Part shown: piece after piece, positions 46,903-57,011 of the stretch
Position numbering within the stretch: the first letter of the stretch is position 1
How the letters are laid out: each line of letters begins with the position of its first letter
Assembly (NCBI GenBank): GCA_965221775.1
Contig: CBDCSU010000006.1
Span: 896,001-960,000, forward strand
DNA from: Candidatus Latescibacterota bacterium
Lineage (GTDB): Bacteria > Latescibacterota > UBA2968 > UBA8231
Reading direction: 5' to 3'
DNA: 64,000 nucleotides
Program-made: the position numbers and the translations under genes
The notes under the pieces: model-generated
What the model was told of the DNA's origin: nothing
Seen by the model: only the letters and a program-made list of their open reading frames with translations
The model's database searches: none

Positions 46903-48867
46903 TCAGATCTGGGTGAGGAAGCTGCCCGTGGTGCCGGTGAGGTAGTCGATCACCAGGAACACTCCGGCCCCCACGATCTCGCCCAGGATGAGCCCCAGGA
47001 AGAAGGGCCGCAGGCCGCGGTAGAGGCGCACCCCGCCGTAGCGCAGGATCAGCAACTTCAGGCACCAGGCCAGCAGGGCGCTGCAGAAGATGTGGTCCGT
47101 CTTCCAGTTGGCGGCGATTGTGAAGCCGAGCGGGTTCAGCGGCCACCACACGAACTGGTGGCGCACCCACATGAGGGCCGACATCACCCCTCCCCCGATG
47201 AGCATGTAGCGCACGGCGTCCCAGCGCGGGCCTTCGGGCGCCCCGGCGATGCGCGGAGCCATGTCCCTGGGCCCGAAGTGGGTGGACTGCCATGAGAAGA
47301 ACAGGGGGTTGAGGTTGATGCCGCCGTGCTCGTAGGCCATGACCAGGGTGACGTAGGAGGAGCCTGCCAGGCTGACGAGGATGGCGATGACGATCGCCCA
47401 GAACAGCCTCCGCTTCGGACCGCGGATCATCTCGCTCATCTTGAGCCCGTTGGCCACCGAGGACATGACGAAGGAGCGGATCTCCGAGTGCCAGCCGTAG
47501 GAGAAGCCGAGGGCCACCAGGCCCTGGGCGCCGATGGCGGAGGTGCCCACGGTGGAGATCACGAAGGTCGAGGTCATCAGGGGAGGGCGCATGGCCGGGA
47601 TGCCGCCCTCGGCGACGACCCGCGTCAGCGCCATGAACAGGACCATGGCGCCGAAGACGAAGAGCAGCGCCACGGGAAAGGGAAGGCCGATCGCCGTCAG
47701 CCAGACGGCGACGATCAGCAGGCCGAGGAGAAGCCCGAAGAAGGCCTGCCGGTAGGTGAGGATCTCGCCGCTGTCGTCGACCTCCCGGGACCCGCGGAGG
47801 GCCTTGGCCGCCACCTGCCGCAGGTGCCTGCGCGCCACCCACAGACCGACGAGGACGAAGACGATCACCGCCCCGAGGCCCTGGTGGGCGAGGATGGGGT
47901 CCCTCCCGGAGTAGAAGTCGATCCGCTGCGTGCTGTGCACCCCGAGGACGTTCAGGACGCCCCGCTGCAGCCGGACGAGGAGGTAGAAGACCCAGATCGA
48001 GGCCGAGATGTCGAGGCTGACGAAGTAGAAGAACCCCGTCCACGGCGGGCTGAACCAGAAGCTGAACCAGGTGTTGCCGAAGGCGGGCAGCACGAAGATG
48101 CGCTCGAGGCGCGGGATCTCCGGAAAGTAGGAGTGCAGCCCGTTGACGCTGAGCAGCAGGAAGGAGACGGCGAAGCCCAGCCACATCGTCCGGTTGGTGA
48201 AGAACGAGCGGCCCACGGCGCCGCCCTCGGCCCGCTGGATCATCTCCATCGGCACCTGCACCAGGGCGTAGGTCAGCCGCTCGTTGTCGACCCACTGCCG
48301 GCGCAGGATCACCATGGCGCAGATCATGGCGAAGCCGAGAGCCAGGAAGAAGCCGAACCACAGGCCCAGGGGCACCACCCAGGCGCCCCACGGGATCGAG
48401 GCCCCCTCGGGCAAGCCCTCGAAGAAGTAGCGGGCCACGCCCTCGCCCCGCGGGATCATCCACTCGGGGATGTACTGATTGTAGAGCTCGTCCCAGTTGT
48501 TCTCCGGCGTGGCGTAGTACGTCGAGCCGAGGAGGCAGGGGATGATGAACTGGGTGAAGCCCATGCCGGGGATGCAGCAGGCCACCACCAGCATGACGTA
48601 GATCGTGATCAGCTCCGACCGGGTCAGCGCCAGCCACCGGTGCAGGAGGCCCACGGCGCCGCTGGCCAGGACGAGAAAGAAGAAGAAGAAGAGCGCGGCG
48701 GGGGTGCTGAAGTTGAGGGTCAGGTACGACCCCTGGATCGCGTTCGTCGCGTAGGTGTCGCAGACGTTGAGCACCAGGGACAACACGGCCCCGATGAGGA
48801 GGCCCCGCAACGGGATCCCCCGCAGATCGCGCGGGTGCTGCCGGTCCTTCTGAGGTGGTGCCGTCAT
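46903..48867 (-). CDS. Polytopic membrane protein, DUF6785/DUF6784-like (putative transporter)
   Basis: Many TMs; LRRQWVDNERLTYAL, TRVVAEGG, WWPLNPLGF, LRYGG..PFFLGLILGE. Confidence 0.8.
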   Translation of the reverse strand: MTAPPQKDRQHPRDLRGIPLRGLLIGAVLSLVLNVCDTYATNAIQGSYLTLNFSTPAALFFFFFLVLASGAVGLLHRWLALTRSELITIYVMLVVACCIPGMGFTQFIIPCLLGSTYYATPENNWDELYNQYIPEWMIPRGEGVARYFFEGLPEGASIPWGAWVVPLGLWFGFFLALGFAMICAMVILRRQWVDNERLTYALVQVPMEMIQRAEGGAVGRSFFTNRTMWLGFAVSFLLLSVNGLHSYFPEIPRLERIFVLPAFGNTWFSFWFSPPWTGFFYFVSLDISASIWVFYLLVRLQRGVLNVLGVHSTQRIDFYSGRDPILAHQGLGAVIVFVLVGLWVARRHLRQVAAKALRGSREVDDSGEILTYRQAFFGLLLGLLIVAVWLTAIGLPFPVALLFVFGAMVLFMALTRVVAEGGIPAMRPPLMTSTFVISTVGTSAIGAQGLVALGFSYGWHSEIRSFVMSSVANGLKMSEMIRGPKRRLFWAIVIAILVSLAGSSYVTLVMAYEHGGINLNPLFFSWQSTHFGPRDMAPRIAGAPEGPRWDAVRYMLIGGGVMSALMWVRHQFVWWPLNPLGFTIAANWKTDHIFCSALLAWCLKLLILRYGGVRLYRGLRPFFLGLILGEIVGAGVFLVIDYLTGTTGSFLTQI

Positions 48868-49220
48868 CGGGGGTTTGGCGGGTGGTGCCTCACGAGGCGG
48901 GGAGCCTCACCCGCCGGCCAGGCCGGGAGGAGTCCGCCCCCGGGCGTCCATCCTCCCCATCAGGGACTCGGCCTGGCTCGCGGAGACGACGCCGGTCGAG
49001 TATTCCCGCCAGGGGCGTGGGCAGGCGCCAGGAGGCCCGACCTCACCGAGGACGAGCCATGGATCGCGGGTTGCAGAGACGGTGCAAGACCAATCGAAGG
49101 CGGCTGTGCAGGCCAGGAGATGGGTTCGTAGGTTGCAGAAAGCAAAGCTGCCTACCTGCCGCGAGAGGCTTCCCTTCATTCTCATGCTGCTGTCCCTGAT
49201 CCGCAAGGAGACCGCCCCCC

Positions 49221-49387
49221 GGGCTGGCGGAGAAGGCCGTGTGCCCGGGCCACCACGGCGAGGACGAGCCGCCCTTCCGGCGGGCATCCCCGTGGACGAG
49301 ATCCTGGCCCGCGCCCTCGACGCGGCGGGCAATGTCCAGCCCTTCCGGGGGAGCATCCTCCACCGGGCGCCGGTGTGGGCGGCGTGA
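49221..49387 (+). pseudogene. Decayed, internally deleted remnant of a sulfite oxidase gene
   Basis: Pieces match ~45880-45957, ~46443-46492 and ~46521-46559 of the intact gene. Confidence 0.8.
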
Positions 49388-50907
49388 ACTCCACCCCGCG
49401 GCCGTTCCCCCGGCGGCGCACCGCCGTCTACGCCTGCGCCGCCGTCCTCGCCGGGTCAGCGCTCCGCCTCGCGGCCCAGGAGGCGCCGGCGCCAAGCAGC
49501 GCCGAGGACCTCTACCAGCTCGGCCGCCGCTGCGCCCGGAGCCGCGACTACGCGTGCGCCGAGGAGAACTACCGGAAGGCCGTCGAACTGGACTCCACCC
49601 ATGTGCAGGCCCTCGACGGCCTCGGCTTCGTCTACTCCCTGCAGCGCCGCTTCCCCGAGGCCCGGAAGGCCCTGGAGCGGGCCCTGAGCCTCGATGCCGA
49701 TCACGTCCCCTCCCTCTACAAGCTGGGCAAGCTGTTCCTGATCCGTCAGGACCCGGCCCGGGCCGAGGAGGCCTTCCGGAAGGCGATCGCCGGCGATCCG
49801 GGCTACTACCTCGCCCATCACGGCCTCGGCATGATCCACGCGCGCGGCGACCCCCCGGCGGCGGCGCGCCACTTCGAGACCGCCCACCGCCTAAACCCGA
49901 ACTACCCTCCCTCCCTCTACCGCCTCGGCGGCATCTACCTGGAGGAGCAGGAGTACGGCAAGGCGATCGCCGCCCTGAAGAGGGCCGCCGAGCTGGCCCC
50001 GGAGGAACCCTCCCTCCACTATCTCCTCGGCACCGCGCTCATGGCCGTGGGCCAACTGTCGGAAGCGGTCGAAGCCCTGCAGGCGAGCCTCCGCCTGGAC
50101 CCGCGGAGAGCCGCCGTCCACCACAAGCTGGGCCGGGTCTTCGCCGAGCAGGCCCACGCCCCGCTGGGGACGGCGATGTCGGACCAGGACCTGCTCGCCG
50201 CTTCCGTGGCGGCCCATCGCAAGGCGGTGGAGCTGGCCCCGGGCCACGGCGGCTTCCAGCACAGCCTCGGCATGGCCTACGAGCGGCAGCGGGAGTACGC
50301 CCAGGCGGCGGACCAGTACGAGCGGGCCCTGGCCGCCGACCCGGACCTGGCGTACACGCGCTTTCGCCTGGGCGGCATCTACTCGCGGGAGGCGCGGCAC
50401 GAGGAAGGCATCGCCCAGCTGCGGCAGGCCGTCCGCCTCGAGCCGGAGAACTCCCTCTTCCACTATGCCCTGGGCGCGGCCCATGCCCGCGCCGACAGCA
50501 CCGGCCTGGCGATCCCGGAGTTCCGCAAGGCGATCGACCTCGACCCCTACAACACGGAGGCCCACTACGGTCTGGCCAGGGCCCTGATGCAGCAGGGCCG
50601 GCGCGAGGAGGGCCGGCAGGCGATGGCCGTCTTCCGCGAGCAGAGCCGCGAGAGTCTCGACGATCTCGAGCGCAGTGTCGCCATGTCGCCGGACAACCCG
50701 AGGTTCCACGCCGAGCTCGCCGTGCAGTACTCCCGGCGCGGCCGGCACCTGCGGGCGATCAACGAGCACAAGCTCGCCATCGCCCTGGCGCCCACGAACG
50801 CCCGCTACCACAGGGACCTGGGGGAGACCTACAGGAAGGCGGGCCGCTACGAGGACGCCCGCAGGCAGTTCGCCATCGCGAAGCGGCTGGCCGGGCGGAG
50901 TCCGTGA
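49384..50907 (+). CDS. Exported multi-TPR protein
   Basis: Signal-like N-terminus; repeated KAVELxP/ALxLDP TPR units. Confidence 0.9.
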   Translation: MNSTPRPFPRRRTAVYACAAVLAGSALRLAAQEAPAPSSAEDLYQLGRRCARSRDYACAEENYRKAVELDSTHVQALDGLGFVYSLQRRFPEARKALERALSLDADHVPSLYKLGKLFLIRQDPARAEEAFRKAIAGDPGYYLAHHGLGMIHARGDPPAAARHFETAHRLNPNYPPSLYRLGGIYLEEQEYGKAIAALKRAAELAPEEPSLHYLLGTALMAVGQLSEAVEALQASLRLDPRRAAVHHKLGRVFAEQAHAPLGTAMSDQDLLAASVAAHRKAVELAPGHGGFQHSLGMAYERQREYAQAADQYERALAADPDLAYTRFRLGGIYSREARHEEGIAQLRQAVRLEPENSLFHYALGAAHARADSTGLAIPEFRKAIDLDPYNTEAHYGLARALMQQGRREEGRQAMAVFREQSRESLDDLERSVAMSPDNPRFHAELAVQYSRRGRHLRAINEHKLAIALAPTNARYHRDLGETYRKAGRYEDARRQFAIAKRLAGRSP

Positions 50908-52607
50908 CCGGCTGCGGGCTCTCCCGGCGGACCGCCCTTCTCCTGGTGCTTGTGCCGGCCCTGGGGCCCGGGGCTGCCGCGGCCGCCGCCGAGACCGCGG
51001 CGGGCGGCGTGCAGTTCACGGATGTGGCCGCCGATGTGGGCGTCACCCTCCTCAACGTCTCCGGCGAGGAGGAGCAGGAGTACCTCGTCGACACGATGAT
51101 GGGCGGCGCCGCCTTCCTCGACCACGACGGCGACGGCGACCTCGACCTCTACGTCCTCAACGGCGGGCGCATCGGCGGGTTCCCCGAAGGCGGGGACCCG
51201 CGCAACGCCCTCTACCGCAACGACGGCGACGCCTTCGCCGACGACACCGAAGCCGCCGGTCTCGGGGACACGGGCTGGGGGATGGGCGTCGCCGTCGCCG
51301 ACTACGACAACGACGGCGACCCGGACGTCTTCATCACCAACTACGGCGGCAACGTCCTCTACCAGAACGAGGGCGGGAGCTTCGCCGACGTCACGGCGCG
51401 CGCCGGCGTCGGCGACGACGGCTTCGGCACGGGCTGCGCCTTCTTCGACTCCGACCGCGACGGCGACCTCGATCTCTACGTGGCCAACTACGTCGACTTC
51501 CGCCACTTCATGGAGACCACGCCCCAGCGGCGCCACACCTGGCGCGGCCTGACCGTCCACTTCGGGCCCCGCGGGCTGCGCGGCGAGCCGGACGTCTTCT
51601 ACCGCAACGAGGGGGACGGCCGCTTCACCGACGCCACCGCGGCGGCCAACCTGGTCGACGAGGAGCGGCTCTACGGGCTCGGCGTCGTCGCCGGCGACCT
51701 CGACGACGACGGCCACGCCGACCTCTACGTGGCCAACGACACGGGCCCCAACTACCTCTACCGGAACCAGGGCGACGGCACCTTCGAGGAACTGGGCTGG
51801 ATGGCGGGTGTCGCCTACGGCGAGTCCGGCGAGGCCCAGGGGTCGATGGGCATCGCCCTGGGCGACTACGACAACGACGAGGACGCCGACATCCTGGTGA
51901 CCAACTTCTGGGAGGAGACCAACACCCTGTACCGCAACGACGGCGGCGGCGAGGTCTTCTCGGACGTCACCTTCGCGGCGCGGGTCGGCCTCGAGAGCTT
52001 CCCCTTCCTGGCGTGGGGGACCGAGTTCTTCGACTACGACAACGACGGCGACAAGGACCTCTTCGTCGCCAACGGCCACATCTTCCCCCAGGTGGACAGG
52101 GCCAACCTCGGGGTGGCCTATGCCCAGCGGAACCAGCTCTTCGAGGGCCTGGGCGACGGCACTTTCGACGAGGTCTCACTGGCCGCCGGACCCGGCCTGC
52201 AGATCGAGAAGGTGAGCCGGGGCGCCGCCTTCGGCGACTACGACGACGACGGCGACGTGGACATCCTCGTCCTCAACCTGAACGACGCCCCCACCCTGCT
52301 GCGCAACGACGGCGGCAACCGGGCCAACTGGCTGCTGGTGCGCACCGTCGGCACGGCGAGCAACCGGGACGGCGTCGGCGCCAAGGTGCGCGTCCGCTGC
52401 GGGGAGCGGACCCAGGTGCGGGAGGTGGCCAGCGGGTCCAGCTACCTGTCGAGCAGCGACCCGCGCCTGCACTTCGGCCTCGGCGAGGCCGCCCGCGTCG
52501 ACGAGGTGCGGGTCTCCTGGCCCAACGGGCTCGTCGAGGCCTGGCGCGGCCTGGAGGCGAACCAGCTCCTCGTGGTCCGCGAGGGCAGCGGCGCTCAGCC
52601 CGACTGA
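50904..52607 (+). CDS. CRTAC1/ASPIC-UnbV family FG-GAP protein
   Basis: Repeated DYDNDGD motifs, SRGAAFGD and GSSYLSSSDPRLHFGLG. Confidence 0.92.
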   Translation: MTGCGLSRRTALLLVLVPALGPGAAAAAAETAAGGVQFTDVAADVGVTLLNVSGEEEQEYLVDTMMGGAAFLDHDGDGDLDLYVLNGGRIGGFPEGGDPRNALYRNDGDAFADDTEAAGLGDTGWGMGVAVADYDNDGDPDVFITNYGGNVLYQNEGGSFADVTARAGVGDDGFGTGCAFFDSDRDGDLDLYVANYVDFRHFMETTPQRRHTWRGLTVHFGPRGLRGEPDVFYRNEGDGRFTDATAAANLVDEERLYGLGVVAGDLDDDGHADLYVANDTGPNYLYRNQGDGTFEELGWMAGVAYGESGEAQGSMGIALGDYDNDEDADILVTNFWEETNTLYRNDGGGEVFSDVTFAARVGLESFPFLAWGTEFFDYDNDGDKDLFVANGHIFPQVDRANLGVAYAQRNQLFEGLGDGTFDEVSLAAGPGLQIEKVSRGAAFGDYDDDGDVDILVLNLNDAPTLLRNDGGNRANWLLVRTVGTASNRDGVGAKVRVRCGERTQVREVASGSSYLSSSDPRLHFGLGEAARVDEVRVSWPNGLVEAWRGLEANQLLVVREGSGAQPD

Positions 52608-54268
52608 GGGTCCGCCGCGAAGGCGGCCTCGAGGGCGTCGTAGCGGATCTCGACCTGGGAGGCGTAGCGCTCCCGCAGTTCCTGCATGTACTCGTTGAAG
52701 GCCCGGCGGTGCCGCTGGCGCCGCAGCTTGGAGGTGGCCCGCGCCCTGGCTTCCTCCCAGCTCTCCTGGCGGCGCTCCCGCGACAGGATGCGGAACAGGG
52801 TGAAGCCCTCCTCCACCTCCACCGGTCCGGTCAACTGGCCGGCCTCGGCGTCGACAACGGCTTCCACTAGGCCGCCGAACCTCGGCGACTCGTACTGGTG
52901 CAGGTGGAACCGACCCCTGTCGTCGCGGACCTCCGGAGAGCGCAGCGAACGCGCCCCGGCGAGGGCGCCGAACTCTTCGCCCGCCTCGATCCGGCGCCGC
53001 AGCTCCGCCGCCTCGGACTCGGACTCCACCAGGATCTCCTCCACCTCGATCTGCTCCGGGTGCAGGAACTCGCCGCGGTTGGCCTCGAAGTACTCGCGCA
53101 CGTCGTCGTCGGTGACCTGCGCCCGCTGCTGCAGGATCCGCCCCCGGAGTCCGGTGATCAGCGTCTGCTGCTCCATCTCCGCCAGCCAGCGGACGATCTC
53201 GTCCTCGGCGTCGATCCCTTCGCGCAGGGCGGCCTCCACCAGGACCACGTCGGGCACGACCCAGCGCTCGACGATGGCCGCCAGGCCCTCGGCGTCGACG
53301 ACGCCGGCGAGGACGTCGCCGCGGATGCTCCTGGCCTTTTCGACCACTTGGGAGGCCTCGATCTCGCCGCCGTCGTAGCGGTAGAGAACCAGGTCGGGGG
53401 CCGGCTCGGCTCCGCTGCCCAAGGCTTCGACGAAGGCGGCCAGGCCCCCTGCATCCGGCTCCAGGCGGTACTCCTGCCGCAGGACGGCTACCAGGGAGTC
53501 CCTCGCCGCCTGCCGCTTCGTGCGCTCCAGTTCCGCCGTCACCGCCTGCCGCTGCTGCGGCGTCAGCTCGATGGAGGACTCGGCCAGAACCTTGAAGATC
53601 GAATGCCACCGGCCCACCTGAACCGGCTGCGAGATCGCGCCCACGGGCAGGGTGAAGAGCTTCTCGCCGAGAGCCGGGACCATCTGGTGCCGGGTCGCGA
53701 ACCGGCCCATGTCCCCTCCCCGGGGGGCGGTCTCCCGGTTGGCCGACCACCTGCGGGCGACATCGGCGAAGTCGGCGCCCTGCTCGATCAGCTCCAGGAC
53801 GTGCTCCGCCGTTTCCAGGTCCGGGACCATGATGTCCGCCGTCTGGATGGCGCGGTCGTAACCTTCCTGCCGGATGTAGCGGGCCACCTCGTCGGCGCCG
53901 ACGGTGACGGCGAGGGTGCGGGCCTCGAGGGTGCCCACGAGCCGGTCCCGCCGCAGGCGTCCCATGCGGCGCATGTAGAAGGGGCTGTCCTCGATGCGCT
54001 CCTTCTCCGCCTCCAGCAGCAGCAGCTCCCTGTCGACGAGGGTCTGCAGGTGCTCCTTCACCCGGTCCGGCGAAGCGGCCTCCCCCGCCTCCCCGGCCAG
54101 GCGGTCCTCGAGGTCGCGCACGTCCCGGGCGGTGATCGCCTTGTCTCCCACCACCGCCACGGCCACCGCCCCGCGCTCTTCCCGCGCACAGCCGCTCCAC
54201 AGGATGGCCGCCGCCCCCAGAACGCACAGGGGCCCCGCCACCCGGGGACGACCCCGGCCGATCTCCAT
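52595..54268 (-). CDS. Parvulin-type peptidyl-prolyl isomerase lipoprotein with two rotamase domains
   Basis: WSGC lipobox; GADFADVARRWS..GGDMG and GEEFGALAGARS. Confidence 0.88.
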   Translation of the reverse strand: MEIGRGRPRVAGPLCVLGAAAILWSGCAREERGAVAVAVVGDKAITARDVRDLEDRLAGEAGEAASPDRVKEHLQTLVDRELLLLEAEKERIEDSPFYMRRMGRLRRDRLVGTLEARTLAVTVGADEVARYIRQEGYDRAIQTADIMVPDLETAEHVLELIEQGADFADVARRWSANRETAPRGGDMGRFATRHQMVPALGEKLFTLPVGAISQPVQVGRWHSIFKVLAESSIELTPQQRQAVTAELERTKRQAARDSLVAVLRQEYRLEPDAGGLAAFVEALGSGAEPAPDLVLYRYDGGEIEASQVVEKARSIRGDVLAGVVDAEGLAAIVERWVVPDVVLVEAALREGIDAEDEIVRWLAEMEQQTLITGLRGRILQQRAQVTDDDVREYFEANRGEFLHPEQIEVEEILVESESEAAELRRRIEAGEEFGALAGARSLRSPEVRDDRGRFHLHQYESPRFGGLVEAVVDAEAGQLTGPVEVEEGFTLFRILSRERRQESWEEARARATSKLRRQRHRRAFNEYMQELRERYASQVEIRYDALEAAFAADPQSG

Positions 54269-54290
54269 TCTTCCCTCCTTTTCTCTTTGC

Positions 54291-56996
54291 CTATCGCAGA
54301 CCGGCGTACACGGTGGCGAAGGCCACCTTGCCGGACTCCGTCTCGCCGCCGATCTCCCGCCGCGTCAGCCGCAGACCCAACTTGGTGTGCAGCTTGTACC
54401 CCTGGTAGGAGGGCGAGGTCGAGTACTGCACCGCCGCCACGACCTCGGTGAAGTCGTCGAGGAGGCCCTCCCGGACAGCGGTCTCGGACTCGCGCAACTG
54501 GTTGAAGATCGTGTACTCCACGCCCACCTCCATGGACGACGCGTCGAGGAGGGGCCAACGCGCCAGCAGGGTCAACAGGAGCGTATCCTCGCGGCGCCTG
54601 GCGCCGGACTTCAGGGGCGGGGCCTCCAGGCGCAGCTCGTTCTTCACCCGGGGCTGGAGGATCACCTGCGCCACCTGGCGCTCGTGATCGATCTTGTTGA
54701 TCAGGCCGAGGAAGTAGGAGTCCTCCCGCAGGTCCGGCTGCTCCTGCCGCTGGTGCCAGCGGTCGTACTTGGCCTTCGTCGTCAGGGTCAGATCGTCGAT
54801 ACCGGTGTAGTCGAAGCCGAAGAAGGTCGAGTTGATCCAGGTGTCCCGCGCCGCCAGGGGATCGAGGGTGGGCACGTTGCCGCGGTCGACCTCGGACCAC
54901 TGGCGCAGGTCGTCGGCGATGTCGTCCCGGGCGAGGCGGAAGTTTTCGAAGAACCGGATCTCGCCGAGGCCGGCGTAGTCCTGCTCCAGGGTGAAGAGCA
55001 GGTAGTTCGTGGTGTTGCGGCCGTCGCCGGCGATGCGGCTCTCGTCCGTGCGGCCGAGGGTGAGCCGGACCTTGGGGATCACGTCGACGCCGCCGTAGAC
55101 GTTGTATCCGCGCAGGTCGCGCCCGTAGGGGAAGTCGGGCTCGTCGTCGTTCTCGAAGCGGTCGACCCACAGGTTGTTGTTCATGTCGACGCCGAAGAGG
55201 AACTCGGGCCGGTCCGTGGTGAAGCGCAGGAAAGGCTCCTCGTAGTCGGGCACCAGGTTCGGCAGGTCGCGGGTGGAGTTCTGGTTGAAGTCGGAGACGA
55301 AATCGACGTTCTCGTCGTACCCCGGGAAGATCTCGAAGTCGGCGTTGTCGAAGATCCGCTGCCAGTCCGGGAAGCGGTCCTGGTCGTCGTTGTCCTCCAC
55401 CAGCTCGTAGTAGAACTGGCCCTTGTCGGAGTAGTCGATGCTCTGCCCGCCGCGGGCCAGGATGGCGCTCGTGTTGTAGTCGTGCTCCATGCTGTAGGCC
55501 TCGCCGAAGGCGAACCAGGGGTAGGCGATCTTCGACAGGTTCACCATCCAGGCGTCGCCCTCGCTGGCCGAGCCCAGGTGGCGGGTGTGGGCGCGGTTGG
55601 GGTACTTGCGGTGGCTGATGCTCCGGTCCCACTCGCCGTAGAGCTTGAACCCCCCCAGGTCCTGCACCTCCACGGTGAAGCCGAAGATCTCCGTCGCCGT
55701 GGGCAGCCCGTACGGGATCTGCAGGAGGCTCAGGTTGGAGCCGTCCTGGACGTTGCCGTCGGCCCGCGCCGCCAGCAGATAGAAGGGGGTCCCCTGGCGG
55801 TCGGTCTGCCGGTCCGAGGTGATCTCGATCCGGTAGTCGTTGGCCACGGCCAGCTCGAAGGTGAGCTCGCGGATCTGCGAGGGATCGGGGCCGTGGTAGG
55901 TGGCGAGGGTGAAGTCGTAGATCAGCTCGATCTGCTCGGCGCCGCTCGCCTCGAGGTAGCCCAGCCGCTGGAACCCCCCCTCGGGCGCCGGGATGAGTCC
56001 GGCCTCGCTGGCGCGCACCACCTCCCTCTCGACGATCAGCTCGCCGTCGGGGCCCACCTGCTCGACATCGGCCTTGATCACCACGTCCCAGGCGAAGAGG
56101 TTCACACCCCCCTCGTCGTCCTCCGGGGAGTCGTCCGAAAGCCGCACCAGGACCCGGGTGACGTTCTGCGCGTTCTGGCTCCCCACGATCGAGCCGCTGC
56201 GGGGGCTCCCCTCGAAGGCGTCGAGGAGCTGGGTGGAGTTGTGGGCGCTCGCGTAGGTGCCGCCCACCTTCACGAAGTCGCCCACCTGGGCGGTGGCGCG
56301 CCCCCCGGTGAGGGTCGACGACGTGGTCGTCTCCTGCACGGAGGGATTGCGGTGGCCGGCGGAGCCGGGGGAGCTGATGCGCGACAGCAGGGCGGTGACC
56401 TCGTACTTGTTGGACTGGTAGTCGATCTGGATGCCGTCGAAGGCCGGCTTGGAGAACGTCATGGGCGTCAGGGTGGTGCGGATCTCGTCGCCGATGGTGA
56501 TGGCCAGGTGGTTCTGGCCCTTGCTGTCGGCGGCGACGACGAGGTTGTTGAAGAAGCTCCCGTAGTAGGCGCTCTTCCAGACGTTGCTGCCGTCCTGCTG
56601 CGGCTGCGTCTGGCTCCAGTCGTAGATCAGCCAGCCGCGGGTGACGTAGGTGCCGTAGAGGTCGTAGAAGTAGTCGCCCTCCAGGTTGGTGCTCACGTAG
56701 CGCTGGTAGATCTCCCTGGCGTAGTTGGTGTACTCCCACGACCTCCACCTGTACTCGTGGTACAGCTCCTGCGGCACGTACCACTTCCTCACCGCCGGGT
56801 CGAGGGCCCCGAAGAGGACACCCGGCCCCCTGGGCTCGAAAGTGAGCTTGCCGGCTACACGGGTACCCGTCAGCCGGTGGTCGGCCCCCTGCGCATGGGC
56901 CTGCGAAGAAGCCAGGGTCAGCGCCAGGACCACGGCGCAGCCCATGGCCCGCGGCCTTGCTCCCCACCATCTCACCCGAACTGCGTGACCAGCCAT
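54291..56996 (-). CDS. Large exported, probable outer-membrane protein of unknown function
   Basis: Signal peptide; aromatic beta-strand-like C-terminal region; Asp/Asn-rich Ca-binding-like repeats; the start may be ATG 56945. Confidence 0.75.
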   Translation of the reverse strand: MAGHAVRVRWWGARPRAMGCAVVLALTLASSQAHAQGADHRLTGTRVAGKLTFEPRGPGVLFGALDPAVRKWYVPQELYHEYRWRSWEYTNYAREIYQRYVSTNLEGDYFYDLYGTYVTRGWLIYDWSQTQPQQDGSNVWKSAYYGSFFNNLVVAADSKGQNHLAITIGDEIRTTLTPMTFSKPAFDGIQIDYQSNKYEVTALLSRISSPGSAGHRNPSVQETTTSSTLTGGRATAQVGDFVKVGGTYASAHNSTQLLDAFEGSPRSGSIVGSQNAQNVTRVLVRLSDDSPEDDEGGVNLFAWDVVIKADVEQVGPDGELIVEREVVRASEAGLIPAPEGGFQRLGYLEASGAEQIELIYDFTLATYHGPDPSQIRELTFELAVANDYRIEITSDRQTDRQGTPFYLLAARADGNVQDGSNLSLLQIPYGLPTATEIFGFTVEVQDLGGFKLYGEWDRSISHRKYPNRAHTRHLGSASEGDAWMVNLSKIAYPWFAFGEAYSMEHDYNTSAILARGGQSIDYSDKGQFYYELVEDNDDQDRFPDWQRIFDNADFEIFPGYDENVDFVSDFNQNSTRDLPNLVPDYEEPFLRFTTDRPEFLFGVDMNNNLWVDRFENDDEPDFPYGRDLRGYNVYGGVDVIPKVRLTLGRTDESRIAGDGRNTTNYLLFTLEQDYAGLGEIRFFENFRLARDDIADDLRQWSEVDRGNVPTLDPLAARDTWINSTFFGFDYTGIDDLTLTTKAKYDRWHQRQEQPDLREDSYFLGLINKIDHERQVAQVILQPRVKNELRLEAPPLKSGARRREDTLLLTLLARWPLLDASSMEVGVEYTIFNQLRESETAVREGLLDDFTEVVAAVQYSTSPSYQGYKLHTKLGLRLTRREIGGETESGKVAFATVYAGLR

Positions 56997-57011
56997 CCTG
57001 CCATCCCCCCT

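Noticed and set aside
49071-49087. TTGCA-N7-TGCAA palindrome between the DUF6785 and TPR genes
   Set aside because: It is short and single, with no cognate regulator nearby; not enough support to call.
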